41,774 bases of DNA from Armatimonadota bacterium. Its GTDB lineage: Bacteria > Armatimonadota > Armatimonadia > Armatimonadales > Capsulimonadaceae. Under the pieces are notes generated by a model. That model was not told the origin of the DNA. It ran no database searches and saw only the letters and a list, made by a program, of their open reading frames with translations. Made by a program: the position numbers and the translations under genes. Shown piece after piece: positions 26,551 through 34,930 of the stretch (position 1 is the stretch's first letter; each line of letters begins with the position of its first letter). Where the stretch lies: the NCBI GenBank assembly GCA_003134215.1, contig PLAD01000145.1:1-41774 (forward strand), written 5' to 3'.

Positions 26551-27730
26551 TCTCCGACTGCGTTCGCTGCTTTACCGTCTGAATATAGTTATCGAAGTTA
26601 GCCCGCATCTCGCCGATGCTGTCGCCGCCGAACTTCTCAGTGAATGCCTGAGCAACGACTATGGCGACCATTGCTTCACCGACGATGCCGGCGGCCGGTA
26701 CCGCGCAGACATCCGAGCGTTCAGCAAAGGCCGGAACGCCCTCTTTAGTTGCTAGGTTGACCGACGGCAGCTGCTTCATCAACGTCGCAATCGGCTTCAT
26801 GACCGCACGGACAACGATCGGCTCTCCATTAGTCATGCCGCCTTCGGTACCTCCTGCATTGTTCGAACCCCGGATGAAGCGCTGATCGTCGCCATCATAA
26901 AAGAATGGATCATGTACTTCCGATCCTGGAATATCTGCGCTGTGAAAGCCCATGCCCACCTCGACACCTTTTATTGCCTGTATACTCATCAAAGCTTGCG
27001 CCAGGAGGCCGTCAATTCGTTTGTCCCAATGTACGTGACTGCCAAGGCCTACCGGGGCGCCGAGGACAACCACCTCGAAGACGCCGCCGAGGGTATCACC
27101 GCGGTACTTTGCAGCATCAATCGCTTCGATAATCTTGGCTTCGGCCGCCTTGTCGACGACACGTACCGGGGATGCGTCGCTAAGTTCACTCAATCGCCGA
27201 AGGTCTATCTGGTCAGCTTCTACGGTAATGCCGCCGATGTTGACTACATGCGACGCCACGGTTATTCCGAACTCAGCCAGCAGAAGTCTCGCAACCGAAC
27301 CCACCGCGACAATAGTCGCCGTGTTGCGTGCGGAAGCTCGTTCGAGGATATTGCGAAGGTCGTGATGACCGTACTTCAGCATTCCCGCAAAGTCGGCATG
27401 GCCTGGGCGAGGAACTGTAATTTCTTTAGGCGAGTCGACATCGTCGGCCAGCGGTTCGATCGACATGCGCGTTGTCCAGTTAGCCCAGTCGCGGTTCCGA
27501 ACGACCATTGTTACCGGGCTGCCAAGAGTTTCTCCGAACCGGATACCGGAAAGGAACTCCACCGTGTCGCTTTCGATCTTCTGCCGAGCGCCCCGACCGT
27601 AGCCGCCCTGTCGGCGTTTCAAATGAGCATTTATTGAATCTGCTTCAACCCGCAGCCCTGCGGGGATGCCCTCAATAACGGCTGTCAGGGCAGGGCCGTG
27701 AGATTCACCGGCCGTAAGAAAACGAAACAC
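26537..27730 (-). CDS. aroC: Chorismate synthase
   Basis: N-terminus FRFLTAGESHGPALTAVIEG. Also RRQGGYGRG, RPGHAD, ERSSAR-like ERASARNTA and GGMTNG motifs. GTG start preceded by GGAAGGA. Confidence 0.93.
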   Translation of the reverse strand: MFRFLTAGESHGPALTAVIEGIPAGLRVEADSINAHLKRRQGGYGRGARQKIESDTVEFLSGIRFGETLGSPVTMVVRNRDWANWTTRMSIEPLADDVDSPKEITVPRPGHADFAGMLKYGHHDLRNILERASARNTATIVAVGSVARLLLAEFGITVASHVVNIGGITVEADQIDLRRLSELSDASPVRVVDKAAEAKIIEAIDAAKYRGDTLGGVFEVVVLGAPVGLGSHVHWDKRIDGLLAQALMSIQAIKGVEVGMGFHSADIPGSEVHDPFFYDGDDQRFIRGSNNAGGTEGGMTNGEPIVVRAVMKPIATLMKQLPSVNLATKEGVPAFAERSDVCAVPAAGIVGEAMVAIVVAQAFTEKFGGDSIGEMRANFDNYIQTVKQRTQSESDGR

Positions 27731-27788
27731 AAATAGTCCTTCCGATATGCGCGCAAGCGATAGTGCTTACCACGAAAAATAGTACAGT

Positions 27789-27818
27789 ATTATAGCGACA
27801 AGGGTGTTGCTTTGTCAA
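27789..27818 (-). promoter_or_regulatory. Near-consensus sigma-70 promoter upstream of aroC
   Basis: The minus strand reads TTGACA (27818-27813), an 18-nt spacer, then TATAAT (27794-27789). This lies about 60 nt upstream of the aroC GTG. The -35 and -10 hexamers are both perfect; the spacer is 1 nt longer than optimal. Confidence 0.5.
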
Positions 27819-27862
27819 AAAAGAGAGTCCTTCAATGAAACCGTAAGACTGCCCACGCTGCC

Positions 27863-29065
27863 TTAATCGCCGACGCTACCGGTTTGGGGTCGTCGCCCGG
27901 AAAGCGTTGCTGCAGCATCTGCGAGTTCGCGGTTGCCAACAACAGACATCACCTTAACGTCGTCTGCGAGTGAGTCATTTTCCGAAAGGAAACGAATTAG
28001 TAAATCAGGAGGAAGCCGGTCAACCATTCTCAATACGGTTTGAGTGAAGAACTTCTTGTTGATGGCTGAGGCAGTTAGGAATACATCGTCAATCCACTCA
28101 CGCCGTTGATCGGTTGACGATGGTCGATAGGAAAGTGGTCTACCAAACTTAATCATTTCGGCGGCAATCCTTTTGGTGTGGCGCTGAATGCGCGTAAATG
28201 CATATCCAGTCGATGGTTTCGCGGCGCCGCCTAATATACCGATGTAGTAGCGGCCTGGCGTGGTGCTGAACGGAAACTTAGTCGTTGTCATCGGTATGAT
28301 GCCGGTCTCCGTTGAGTGTACAGTGACGGATGACTTCACCTTCGTTTCGATATACCAATTTACGCGAGTCAGATGTTCGTCCGTCTCTTCCCGGTCTACT
28401 GAGATCAAAGTACTCTCGATTAACGCCGAGTTTTGTGAGTAAGGAAGAACGTAAATAAACGCGCCCTCGTTACCGTCAGGTACTCGAAAGTCCATGAGCG
28501 TCACGGCATCGGTATCAAAAACGTCTTTGGAAGTCGTAATAGTGAGTCCCGCGAACGATTGGTGAAGCCAGGGGGCTGCACTGTCAGACGAACCCGTGAA
28601 TCCTCTGAGGTTACGCGCATCGAAAACCAATTTTGCTGCAACATCTCCGCAATCCGTACCGATATTCCACACATGATTCGCCGGGTCCCGAGTCGTCTTG
28701 TGGACGGTAACTCCCATACGAAGGTAAAAGTTGTTTGCAGTGGACAGCTTCTCGCGGATCGCGTTGAGAAACGAAGGCGCAGACACCTGATAATATTTTG
28801 CCCCTGCGGGACGAACGAACTCTAATGAGCCGCCGGCGACGAGAAATTTTGACCACGTCTTAGACACGAATGGTGTTATGTCTTTGTCGATAGGGCCCCA
28901 GAAACACCAGCGTTGTTCACGATCAAAGTCGACGGCGCGTTCCAGAACGACGACGCTTCCACGATATCCGCCAAGCAACAGCCGGTAAGCCAGGCTCATA
29001 CCGGCGCATCCGCCGCCGAGTATGGCCGCATCCACTTGTCGTGGAAGATAAATTTGGTTGCTCAT
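27863..29065 (-). CDS. Lycopene cyclase (CrtY-type) family FAD-dependent protein
   Basis: N-terminal dinucleotide-binding motif DAAILGGGCAGMSLAYRL. Length and pattern are typical of the lycopene cyclase family. The substrate cannot be inferred from sequence alone. Confidence 0.65.
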   Translation of the reverse strand: MSNQIYLPRQVDAAILGGGCAGMSLAYRLLLGGYRGSVVVLERAVDFDREQRWCFWGPIDKDITPFVSKTWSKFLVAGGSLEFVRPAGAKYYQVSAPSFLNAIREKLSTANNFYLRMGVTVHKTTRDPANHVWNIGTDCGDVAAKLVFDARNLRGFTGSSDSAAPWLHQSFAGLTITTSKDVFDTDAVTLMDFRVPDGNEGAFIYVLPYSQNSALIESTLISVDREETDEHLTRVNWYIETKVKSSVTVHSTETGIIPMTTTKFPFSTTPGRYYIGILGGAAKPSTGYAFTRIQRHTKRIAAEMIKFGRPLSYRPSSTDQRREWIDDVFLTASAINKKFFTQTVLRMVDRLPPDLLIRFLSENDSLADDVKVMSVVGNRELADAAATLSGRRPQTGSVGD

Positions 29066-30576
29066 TTAGTTGCTGCGGCGGGCGATGAGGTCGCTGTTCG
29101 CTCAAAAATGTAGCCGTCGTTGAATGTCGATGCGAGCTGCATGCCGCACTGAGTAACAATTTGTTTTGGATCGAAGTTCGCCGGTTCGATCGCATTTGTT
29201 AACCAGATAACATAGCATGGGCCTTCGAGACCATTGATCCTGGCTACGACGTAAGCCATGCCTGGATTGTGCGTATCGTCGGCGACCCAACTCGAGACTT
29301 TATGTCCAATCAAATAGGTGGCTGCACTGTCATTGCTGTACAGGGGGTAGGCAAAGGCCGTCTTGCTAACATAGCTGAGGGTCGGCGATTGCTGCCAGGC
29401 AGGTGAGAGATAGCCGCCTGTTTTGATCTGCGCTGCCGTCAACGACTCTGCCGCGACCAGAAGGAAAAATGCTGTGGCGACTCCAGAGATGACCAGAGCA
29501 ATCGGTCTGATCATGATTGCACGCAGATATTCGATAAACCCTATCGCTGTCAGAATGAGTGGGACGAACAGCGGCGAGGTTAATCTGTCATCTATCATAT
29601 CGATGTTGTAGTTCGCCGAAGAGAAAACAATCATGAAAGCGTAGATAGCAGCGAATAGTGGTGCTGAGCGCAAATACGGAGAGTCCGTCTCCCGTCGCGT
29701 AAGCAGCCAAATCGCCAAGCCAATCGCGGCGGCGCACGCAAGTATTATCGCAAAAATCGGCTGTACCATAGCTGCACCCAGGCAGTTCCAGAGGGAGTTC
29801 AAGCAATCGCTTATCGAACTCGTTCCAGGGTTTCGCTGTCCCATCATGGTGCCGCTGTAGTGTTTGTTGATCAAACACCAGACCGTAAGAGGCGTCAGTG
29901 TGATCATAAGAAACAATGCCCCGTGCAGCAGTCGCTTACCGAAAGTCAGCGTCGGACAAATCAAAATCGAAACAAGCAAAGCGGCAACGACTGAAACTCC
30001 AATATATCGGGTCATGCAGCACAGCAGTGCAAAGAGAGCTGCGGGAAGAAAATAAAACAGGCTGCTTCGCTCTTGATATTGTCCGACAAAATAGATGCTT
30101 AACAAGCTGAGAGGAATAAACAGCGTTTCGGAAAGTCCAGAGTTCGCAATGTTCGTCAGCGGTACGGACAATGCCAGTGCAATCATGACGCCGCATCGCA
30201 ATGCGGCGCTTCTGGTCAATTTGAAAAGAAGAGCATTGGAAACGATGAGTGTACCGGCTAAGCATATTCCTCCGACAACTCCCAGCGCCTTGATGGCCTG
30301 CCCATGCAAAAGCATCTCTACAAGGCCAAAAACAAGGGGATAGAACGGCGGCCAATCGCTGCACCAGTTACCGCTAAAATCGGAGAAACCTTGTCCGTTC
30401 CACACGCGATCCCCTAATGACATGTAACCAACAGAGTCAGGCTCAATGAAGAAGTGACCGTGGAAAGCATGAATGATCGGACGAACCGATGCGAAAACTA
30501 TAACGCCGGCCACAATAAGATTGGAAAAAAAGTGCGTTGTTTGAAAACCGGTGTCTTCGTCTTCTTCTATGCTCAA
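29062..30576 (-). CDS. Polytopic membrane protein, GT-C-like glycosyltransferase candidate
   Basis: More than 10 TM helices. The first loop reads FIEPDSVGYMSLGDRVWNG, with an acidic motif as in ArnT/PMT-like enzymes. Its stop overlaps the lycopene-cyclase-family start (ATGA). Confidence 0.45.
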   Translation of the reverse strand: MSIEEDEDTGFQTTHFFSNLIVAGVIVFASVRPIIHAFHGHFFIEPDSVGYMSLGDRVWNGQGFSDFSGNWCSDWPPFYPLVFGLVEMLLHGQAIKALGVVGGICLAGTLIVSNALLFKLTRSAALRCGVMIALALSVPLTNIANSGLSETLFIPLSLLSIYFVGQYQERSSLFYFLPAALFALLCCMTRYIGVSVVAALLVSILICPTLTFGKRLLHGALFLMITLTPLTVWCLINKHYSGTMMGQRNPGTSSISDCLNSLWNCLGAAMVQPIFAIILACAAAIGLAIWLLTRRETDSPYLRSAPLFAAIYAFMIVFSSANYNIDMIDDRLTSPLFVPLILTAIGFIEYLRAIMIRPIALVISGVATAFFLLVAAESLTAAQIKTGGYLSPAWQQSPTLSYVSKTAFAYPLYSNDSAATYLIGHKVSSWVADDTHNPGMAYVVARINGLEGPCYVIWLTNAIEPANFDPKQIVTQCGMQLASTFNDGYIFERTATSSPAAATK

Positions 30577-30724
30577 ATCAGCTCATTGACATCGGCAGCT
30601 TCGCCTCGCAATATCCTCCTGGCAGCGTATTGTCAAGTATCGTTGTGCAACAGTGTATTATACAACCAGTGGAGCAGAGAAGCTATCGAGTAATCTTCAG
30701 AGCTACCCGTAGAGGCGATCCTGG

Positions 30725-31555
30725 GTGACGTATAACGTGAAGGCAACCGAGCATACCGGCTCTCATCAATCTCGTGAAAGAGATCGGAAACCGTCGAGCC
30801 TGCCTGGCTACCGGCACGATCCCATCGTTTACCTTCAGTTTTCCGAGTGCATTCGGCTCCCGCCGAGCCGTTTACTTGATCGACTCACCAGCCGCTGGAA
30901 CGATACCGCCAAGATTAAAGAAGAGACACTGGTCATGCTTGCGCGCGAATACAGTCGGTGTGGAAATGACGGGCTAGCTTGGAAGCTGGTCCTTGCGATC
31001 TGCGAGCGTGTTCAGCCCAGTATAGAGCGCTCAATTAAGCTTTGGCGACTTCCGCCTCATATGGCGGACGAGCTTGTCGAATCCCTGGTGGCGGGCATGT
31101 ACGATGCTGTATTGAATAACGGTGAGGCAGGGGCTTTCTGGGAAATAAAATTCTGGGTCTGTTTTGAACGAAGACTGCTCAGCGCCCTCAGGAAATACCG
31201 CCAACTTTCTGATCGCGGCTTTGAGTCGGAGACTGCCGACGAAGGACCTCAGTCACTGCTGGAATCGACTCAGGAACGACAAAGCGAATGGAAAGACCCG
31301 GCGATGAGGGCGGTTATTGCCGATGGTCTCGCGCAGCTTCCTGAAACACTTCGAACGGCGTTCATGCTGAAGCATTGGGCCGGTTTTGCCGAATACAGCT
31401 CCGATCCATCCGAACGCTTTACGATCGCTCATGTTATGGGCGTCTCTTCCAGGACGGTCCGCAATTACCTTATGCGTGCGGAAGTACTCCTTAATGAATG
31501 GCGTGAGGGACCGACGGATGCGCGGAACAGAGTAGGAGAGCAAGATGGTCGATGA
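30725..31555 (+). CDS. Divergent ECF-like sigma-70 family protein
   Basis: Region-2-like segment ADELVESLVAGMYDAVL...FWEIKFWVCFERRLLSALRKYRQ. Region-4 HTH LPETLRTAFMLKHWAGF...IAHVMGVSSRTVRNYLMRAEVLL. Start is uncertain: GTG at 30725 gives a 70-aa N-terminal extension, while ATG at 30935 gives about 206 aa. Confidence 0.6.
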   Translation: MTYNVKATEHTGSHQSRERDRKPSSLPGYRHDPIVYLQFSECIRLPPSRLLDRLTSRWNDTAKIKEETLVMLAREYSRCGNDGLAWKLVLAICERVQPSIERSIKLWRLPPHMADELVESLVAGMYDAVLNNGEAGAFWEIKFWVCFERRLLSALRKYRQLSDRGFESETADEGPQSLLESTQERQSEWKDPAMRAVIADGLAQLPETLRTAFMLKHWAGFAEYSSDPSERFTIAHVMGVSSRTVRNYLMRAEVLLNEWREGPTDARNRVGEQDGR

Positions 31556-32174
31556 CGTGAAGCCCGAACGGTCGGACCTGGCGCTTTTATCACTAGACAG
31601 CCTATTGGAAAGCGGAAACTCGATAGAAATGTCTTTGGCCGAAGCAGTCAAGTTGTTTCCTGATCAGTCAGCGGTACTAACTGATGCGGCTCTGCTGCGA
31701 AAGTTCGAAATGTGCGACGCGACAACGGACATGAGTATTTCTGAACTCGTCTCAAATGCGATCGGTCGGACGGCGGCAGCGAGGCGGCCAAAGCCAATTG
31801 CTAAGCTGGTCGATTCTGTTAAGGCCGTCGGACTTAAAACGTCGGACATTGTGAGCCATCTCAAAATCGGTACTTCGATCTTCATCAAGCTGGATCGCCG
31901 AATGATCGAGCCTGCGAGCATTCCTGACGAGCTGCTGTCATCACTCGCAGATCAGCTTTACGAGCCACTGGATAGACTTCTTGAATATCTAAGTCGCCCA
32001 GCAACTGCTTCCAGCGCAGTCACTTTCAAAGCCGACGAACAGCCGTCTGTAAAGCCCAAAGAAACTTTTCGGGCAGCTCTCAATGCTAGTCTAACTGCCG
32101 ACCACCTGGATAAATCCAGCTATGAGTACTGGCTGAGCATGGTGCAAACCGAAGTCGAGCAAGAGGGCCGGTAA
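31545..32174 (+). CDS. XRE-like helix-turn-helix protein (possible repressor / anti-sigma partner)
   Basis: ATG overlaps the sigma gene by 11 nt. The central segment IAKLVDSVKAVGLKTSDIVSHLKIGTSIFIKLDRRMIEPASIPDELLSSLADQL follows the XRE HTH pattern. The flanks are of unknown family. Confidence 0.5.
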   Translation: MVDDVKPERSDLALLSLDSLLESGNSIEMSLAEAVKLFPDQSAVLTDAALLRKFEMCDATTDMSISELVSNAIGRTAAARRPKPIAKLVDSVKAVGLKTSDIVSHLKIGTSIFIKLDRRMIEPASIPDELLSSLADQLYEPLDRLLEYLSRPATASSAVTFKADEQPSVKPKETFRAALNASLTADHLDKSSYEYWLSMVQTEVEQEGR

Positions 32175-32176
32175 AC

Positions 32177-34576
32177 GTGCACACGGAAGACATTCGGGCG
32201 CGACTGGCTGCAAGATATTTCCGTTCCACACTGAAAAGTCAATATTTGGATTCCCTCGTATCCGCTGAGACTTTGCTGGCTGATGCAGAAAGAGTAACCG
32301 GAATTAGGCGATCGATATTGCCTGGCGGCGATCCTCTGCTGTCCGGCGCACACGCATTACTCGACCGCGAATTCAATACGATTTGGCTGAGCGCTGACCG
32401 GCCGCCAGTATTACGACTTTCTGATGCCGCTCATGAGTTCGGGCATGCAGTGATGCATCAACATAACGCAATTTCTAGTCTGGATGAAGACGACGAGTCG
32501 CTTGCCGGATACTCAAAAAATCAACGGGATGAGGTGGATGCCCACCGGTTTGCCGCTGAATTCCTGCTCCCTCTCGACCTGTTAAAATCCAGATTTCTAG
32601 CAGGTGACAGTCTCGACCTTATTGCCGATACCTGCTGTGTAGCGCGTAAATTGGCGCTAAAGCAGCTCATTACCGCCTTTTCCTCTGAAGACGAGCTTCT
32701 GAGAAAGCTGTCAAATGAGCCGGCGCCTTGCGACTCTTGGCAACATGATGCGGCGCATTCAGCCGGGCCGTGCTTGGTTTGCGGTGCGTCCGGTACAGGG
32801 AAGACGACGACCTTAATCGAACGGTGTCGTGTTCTAATCGAACGCGACGGTACATCGGCAGCCGAGATCCTGGTCGTCGCCCACAGTAAACGTTCAGCAG
32901 CATTGTTAAGAGACTCCCTGGCGAGCGGAGGAAACCTATTGCTGCACCTTGTTCCAGTAGCCACACCTTATCAGCTTGCTTATGACCTTGTGGTTCGATT
33001 TCCTGAGGCTGCTGGACTTGACGTCCGTTGGGAAGAGTCCTGCGGGGGAGACCAGTTGACGCCGAGCAGGATGCTGGAACTTGCCAATGAACTTTTTCAG
33101 AGCATAGCAGCCCCGCGTGAAAGATACCGTCACATACTAATTGACGATTTCGACAAGTTCAATCTTGAGTCACTCCAGTTTATCGCGAAGATGGCCCGAA
33201 ATCAATCGCCTGTATTCTGGGCGGCCGCGTCCCAAACAAACGAAAAACAAAGCAAGAAGTTGTTCACCAGTTTGTTTGAAGGTGAACCGTCGGCCAATAA
33301 GGTTCAGATTCATTTTCTTCCGTTCGAGTACCGGTCTTCAACCACATTATTCAACTTTCGCCGGCTAATCAATCCGCCCGACAGCCGTCGCGAAATTTCC
33401 CGTCGGCCGTTCAGCGATCGATGTGGACCCGGTTCTATCACCCTTTCGGTTTCCAGAGACTTCAATGAAGTTGCAATAGGTGTCGCAGACTATGTCGAGA
33501 AAAAAGTGAAATCGGGTTATGCGCCTGAAGACCTTGTCGTTTTAATGTCGGACAACACGACAAAAAATGCTGCGAACCGTGATAAGCTGGCGTCCGTTCT
33601 TAACGGTATCTCAGTTGCACGCTCTCGAAGAACTCCGGTTTTGGATCTTTTGGCCATTGTTCAGCTTTGCTTTGGCCAATTCAGCCTCGCGACGATAGTT
33701 CGAGCTGCGACTCTCCCAGGTTATCGAAGTCCCATTCGGGAGATACTGGAATACTGCAAGAGCAGAGAGGCAGGAGAGGATGTCAAAGGGAGGACTTGGG
33801 GACGCGGCTTGACCAAATGCCTGGACGATATTCGCCGATGCCGGTCAACCGGAACGCCGAAGGATGCGCTGGTCAGGTACTTGTTCCAAGTTTCGGACTA
33901 TCTGAGAACAACAGTTGATTCCAATCTGGCTGTCGAATATTTGCTCAGGCATTTACCCGATGATCCGGCGCAGTTATCCGATTTTTGCGGGAGCCGCCGG
34001 GCTGTCGTCCGCGAAAGCTTTCCTTCATATGGCGAGTCTATTGAGATACATATAGTATCACCCTTAAGGTTTGCCGGACGCCATGTTCCGATCGTCATAG
34101 TAGTAGGCACTGACCTGGCACGATTACAAAAATTGGTGACAGGGAAGGGGAAAGGTGAATTGCAGAATGTACCGAGATCCGCCGAAAGCGTCGCGGCTGA
34201 GAGTGCGGACGATCATCTCGTATATGCTTACTATTCAAGCGATCCAGAGAAAGCGATCGGTGCGGCCGGCCGAATGGCGCGTTTGGTGCCAGAACTTCAG
34301 ATTGAATCGTGGGCTGAAACCTCACTGCGGCAGGTCAACGCGTATAAACTCACGCGGATAGACAGCGATGGACTGGCGCAGGACGAGATTTCTCTTCACC
34401 ATCAATGCCCGAGGCGGGTCTACTACCGCCGCATCCTTGACCTCGACACACAAACTTCTAGTTATGCCTACATTCATAACAGCGACTGCTCTGATCGATT
34501 TCCCCCGATTCCAGCCGATAACGCGCTCTGTTTGTCGTGCCGATATTCGGAGATTTGCCCGATCGAACTTTACTAG
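32177..34576 (+). CDS. ImmA/IrrE (COG2856) zinc-metalloprotease domain fused to a UvrD/Rep-like SF1 helicase domain, with a Cys-rich C-terminal tail
   Basis: GTG start is 2 nt after the previous stop. HEFGH at 32432-32446, followed by EVDAHRFAAEFLLPLDLL (ImmA/IrrE signature). Walker A GPCLVCGASGTGKTT (32783-32806), motif Ia-like ILVVAHSKRSAALLRDSL and motif II variant ILIDDFDKFN. The tail is CPRRVYYRRIL...CLSCRYSEIC. Confidence 0.75.
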   Translation: MHTEDIRARLAARYFRSTLKSQYLDSLVSAETLLADAERVTGIRRSILPGGDPLLSGAHALLDREFNTIWLSADRPPVLRLSDAAHEFGHAVMHQHNAISSLDEDDESLAGYSKNQRDEVDAHRFAAEFLLPLDLLKSRFLAGDSLDLIADTCCVARKLALKQLITAFSSEDELLRKLSNEPAPCDSWQHDAAHSAGPCLVCGASGTGKTTTLIERCRVLIERDGTSAAEILVVAHSKRSAALLRDSLASGGNLLLHLVPVATPYQLAYDLVVRFPEAAGLDVRWEESCGGDQLTPSRMLELANELFQSIAAPRERYRHILIDDFDKFNLESLQFIAKMARNQSPVFWAAASQTNEKQSKKLFTSLFEGEPSANKVQIHFLPFEYRSSTTLFNFRRLINPPDSRREISRRPFSDRCGPGSITLSVSRDFNEVAIGVADYVEKKVKSGYAPEDLVVLMSDNTTKNAANRDKLASVLNGISVARSRRTPVLDLLAIVQLCFGQFSLATIVRAATLPGYRSPIREILEYCKSREAGEDVKGRTWGRGLTKCLDDIRRCRSTGTPKDALVRYLFQVSDYLRTTVDSNLAVEYLLRHLPDDPAQLSDFCGSRRAVVRESFPSYGESIEIHIVSPLRFAGRHVPIVIVVGTDLARLQKLVTGKGKGELQNVPRSAESVAAESADDHLVYAYYSSDPEKAIGAAGRMARLVPELQIESWAETSLRQVNAYKLTRIDSDGLAQDEISLHHQCPRRVYYRRILDLDTQTSSYAYIHNSDCSDRFPPIPADNALCLSCRYSEICPIELY

Positions 34577-34584
34577 TTCAGATC

Positions 34585-34869
34585 TTACAGCAGGTCCTTA
34601 ATAGACGGCTGGTATTTCACTGGGTCAAACTCGATAACTGTGTAATCAGCAATGCCTTCCAGCGCGAACGGGTCCTTCGCCAGATGTGCTTGAAGTTCCT
34701 GTTTGTCAATTCCTTTTGCCAGGAGGACTCCGCCGGTTCGGGGAACTTGCGGTCCAGAAGCCAGCAAGACACCTTCAGCGTAGAGCGTATCGAGGTAAGA
34801 ACGATGAGCCGCCACAACGCGATCTACTTCTTCTGTCGGCTTGAGATATTTGAGCAAAATGACGTACAC
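34585..34869 (-). CDS. YciI-family protein
   Basis: VYVILLKYLKPTEEVDRVVAAHRSYLDTLYAEGVLLASGP...DPFALEGIADYTVIEF fits YciI-like domains. GTG at 34869 is preceded by GGAGG at a 6-nt spacing, and I prefer it over the longer track ORF. Confidence 0.75.
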   Translation of the reverse strand: MYVILLKYLKPTEEVDRVVAAHRSYLDTLYAEGVLLASGPQVPRTGGVLLAKGIDKQELQAHLAKDPFALEGIADYTVIEFDPVKYQPSIKDLL

Positions 34870-34930
34870 GGTGAACCTCCGGACGGAACATGTTAAAAGC
34901 AGATAATACCCGCGCACGACCGCGAAGAAG

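Noticed and set aside
26912-27637. 241-aa ORF antisense to aroC (also 14841..15374 antisense to the nicotinate PRTase gene, and 34537..34896 antisense to the YciI gene)
   Set aside because: The opposite strand carries unambiguous conserved enzymes. The antisense translations have no motifs and unusual composition.
30577-30724. Promoter-like hexamers in the divergent region upstream of the sigma operon (TTGACA at 30586-30591; TTGTCA at 30630-30635 with TATTAT at 30656-30661)
   Set aside because: Spacing is poor: TTGTCA to TATTAT is 20 nt, and TTGACA has no convincing -10 partner. I could not identify an ECF-type GGAAC/CGTC motif, so no promoter is called.
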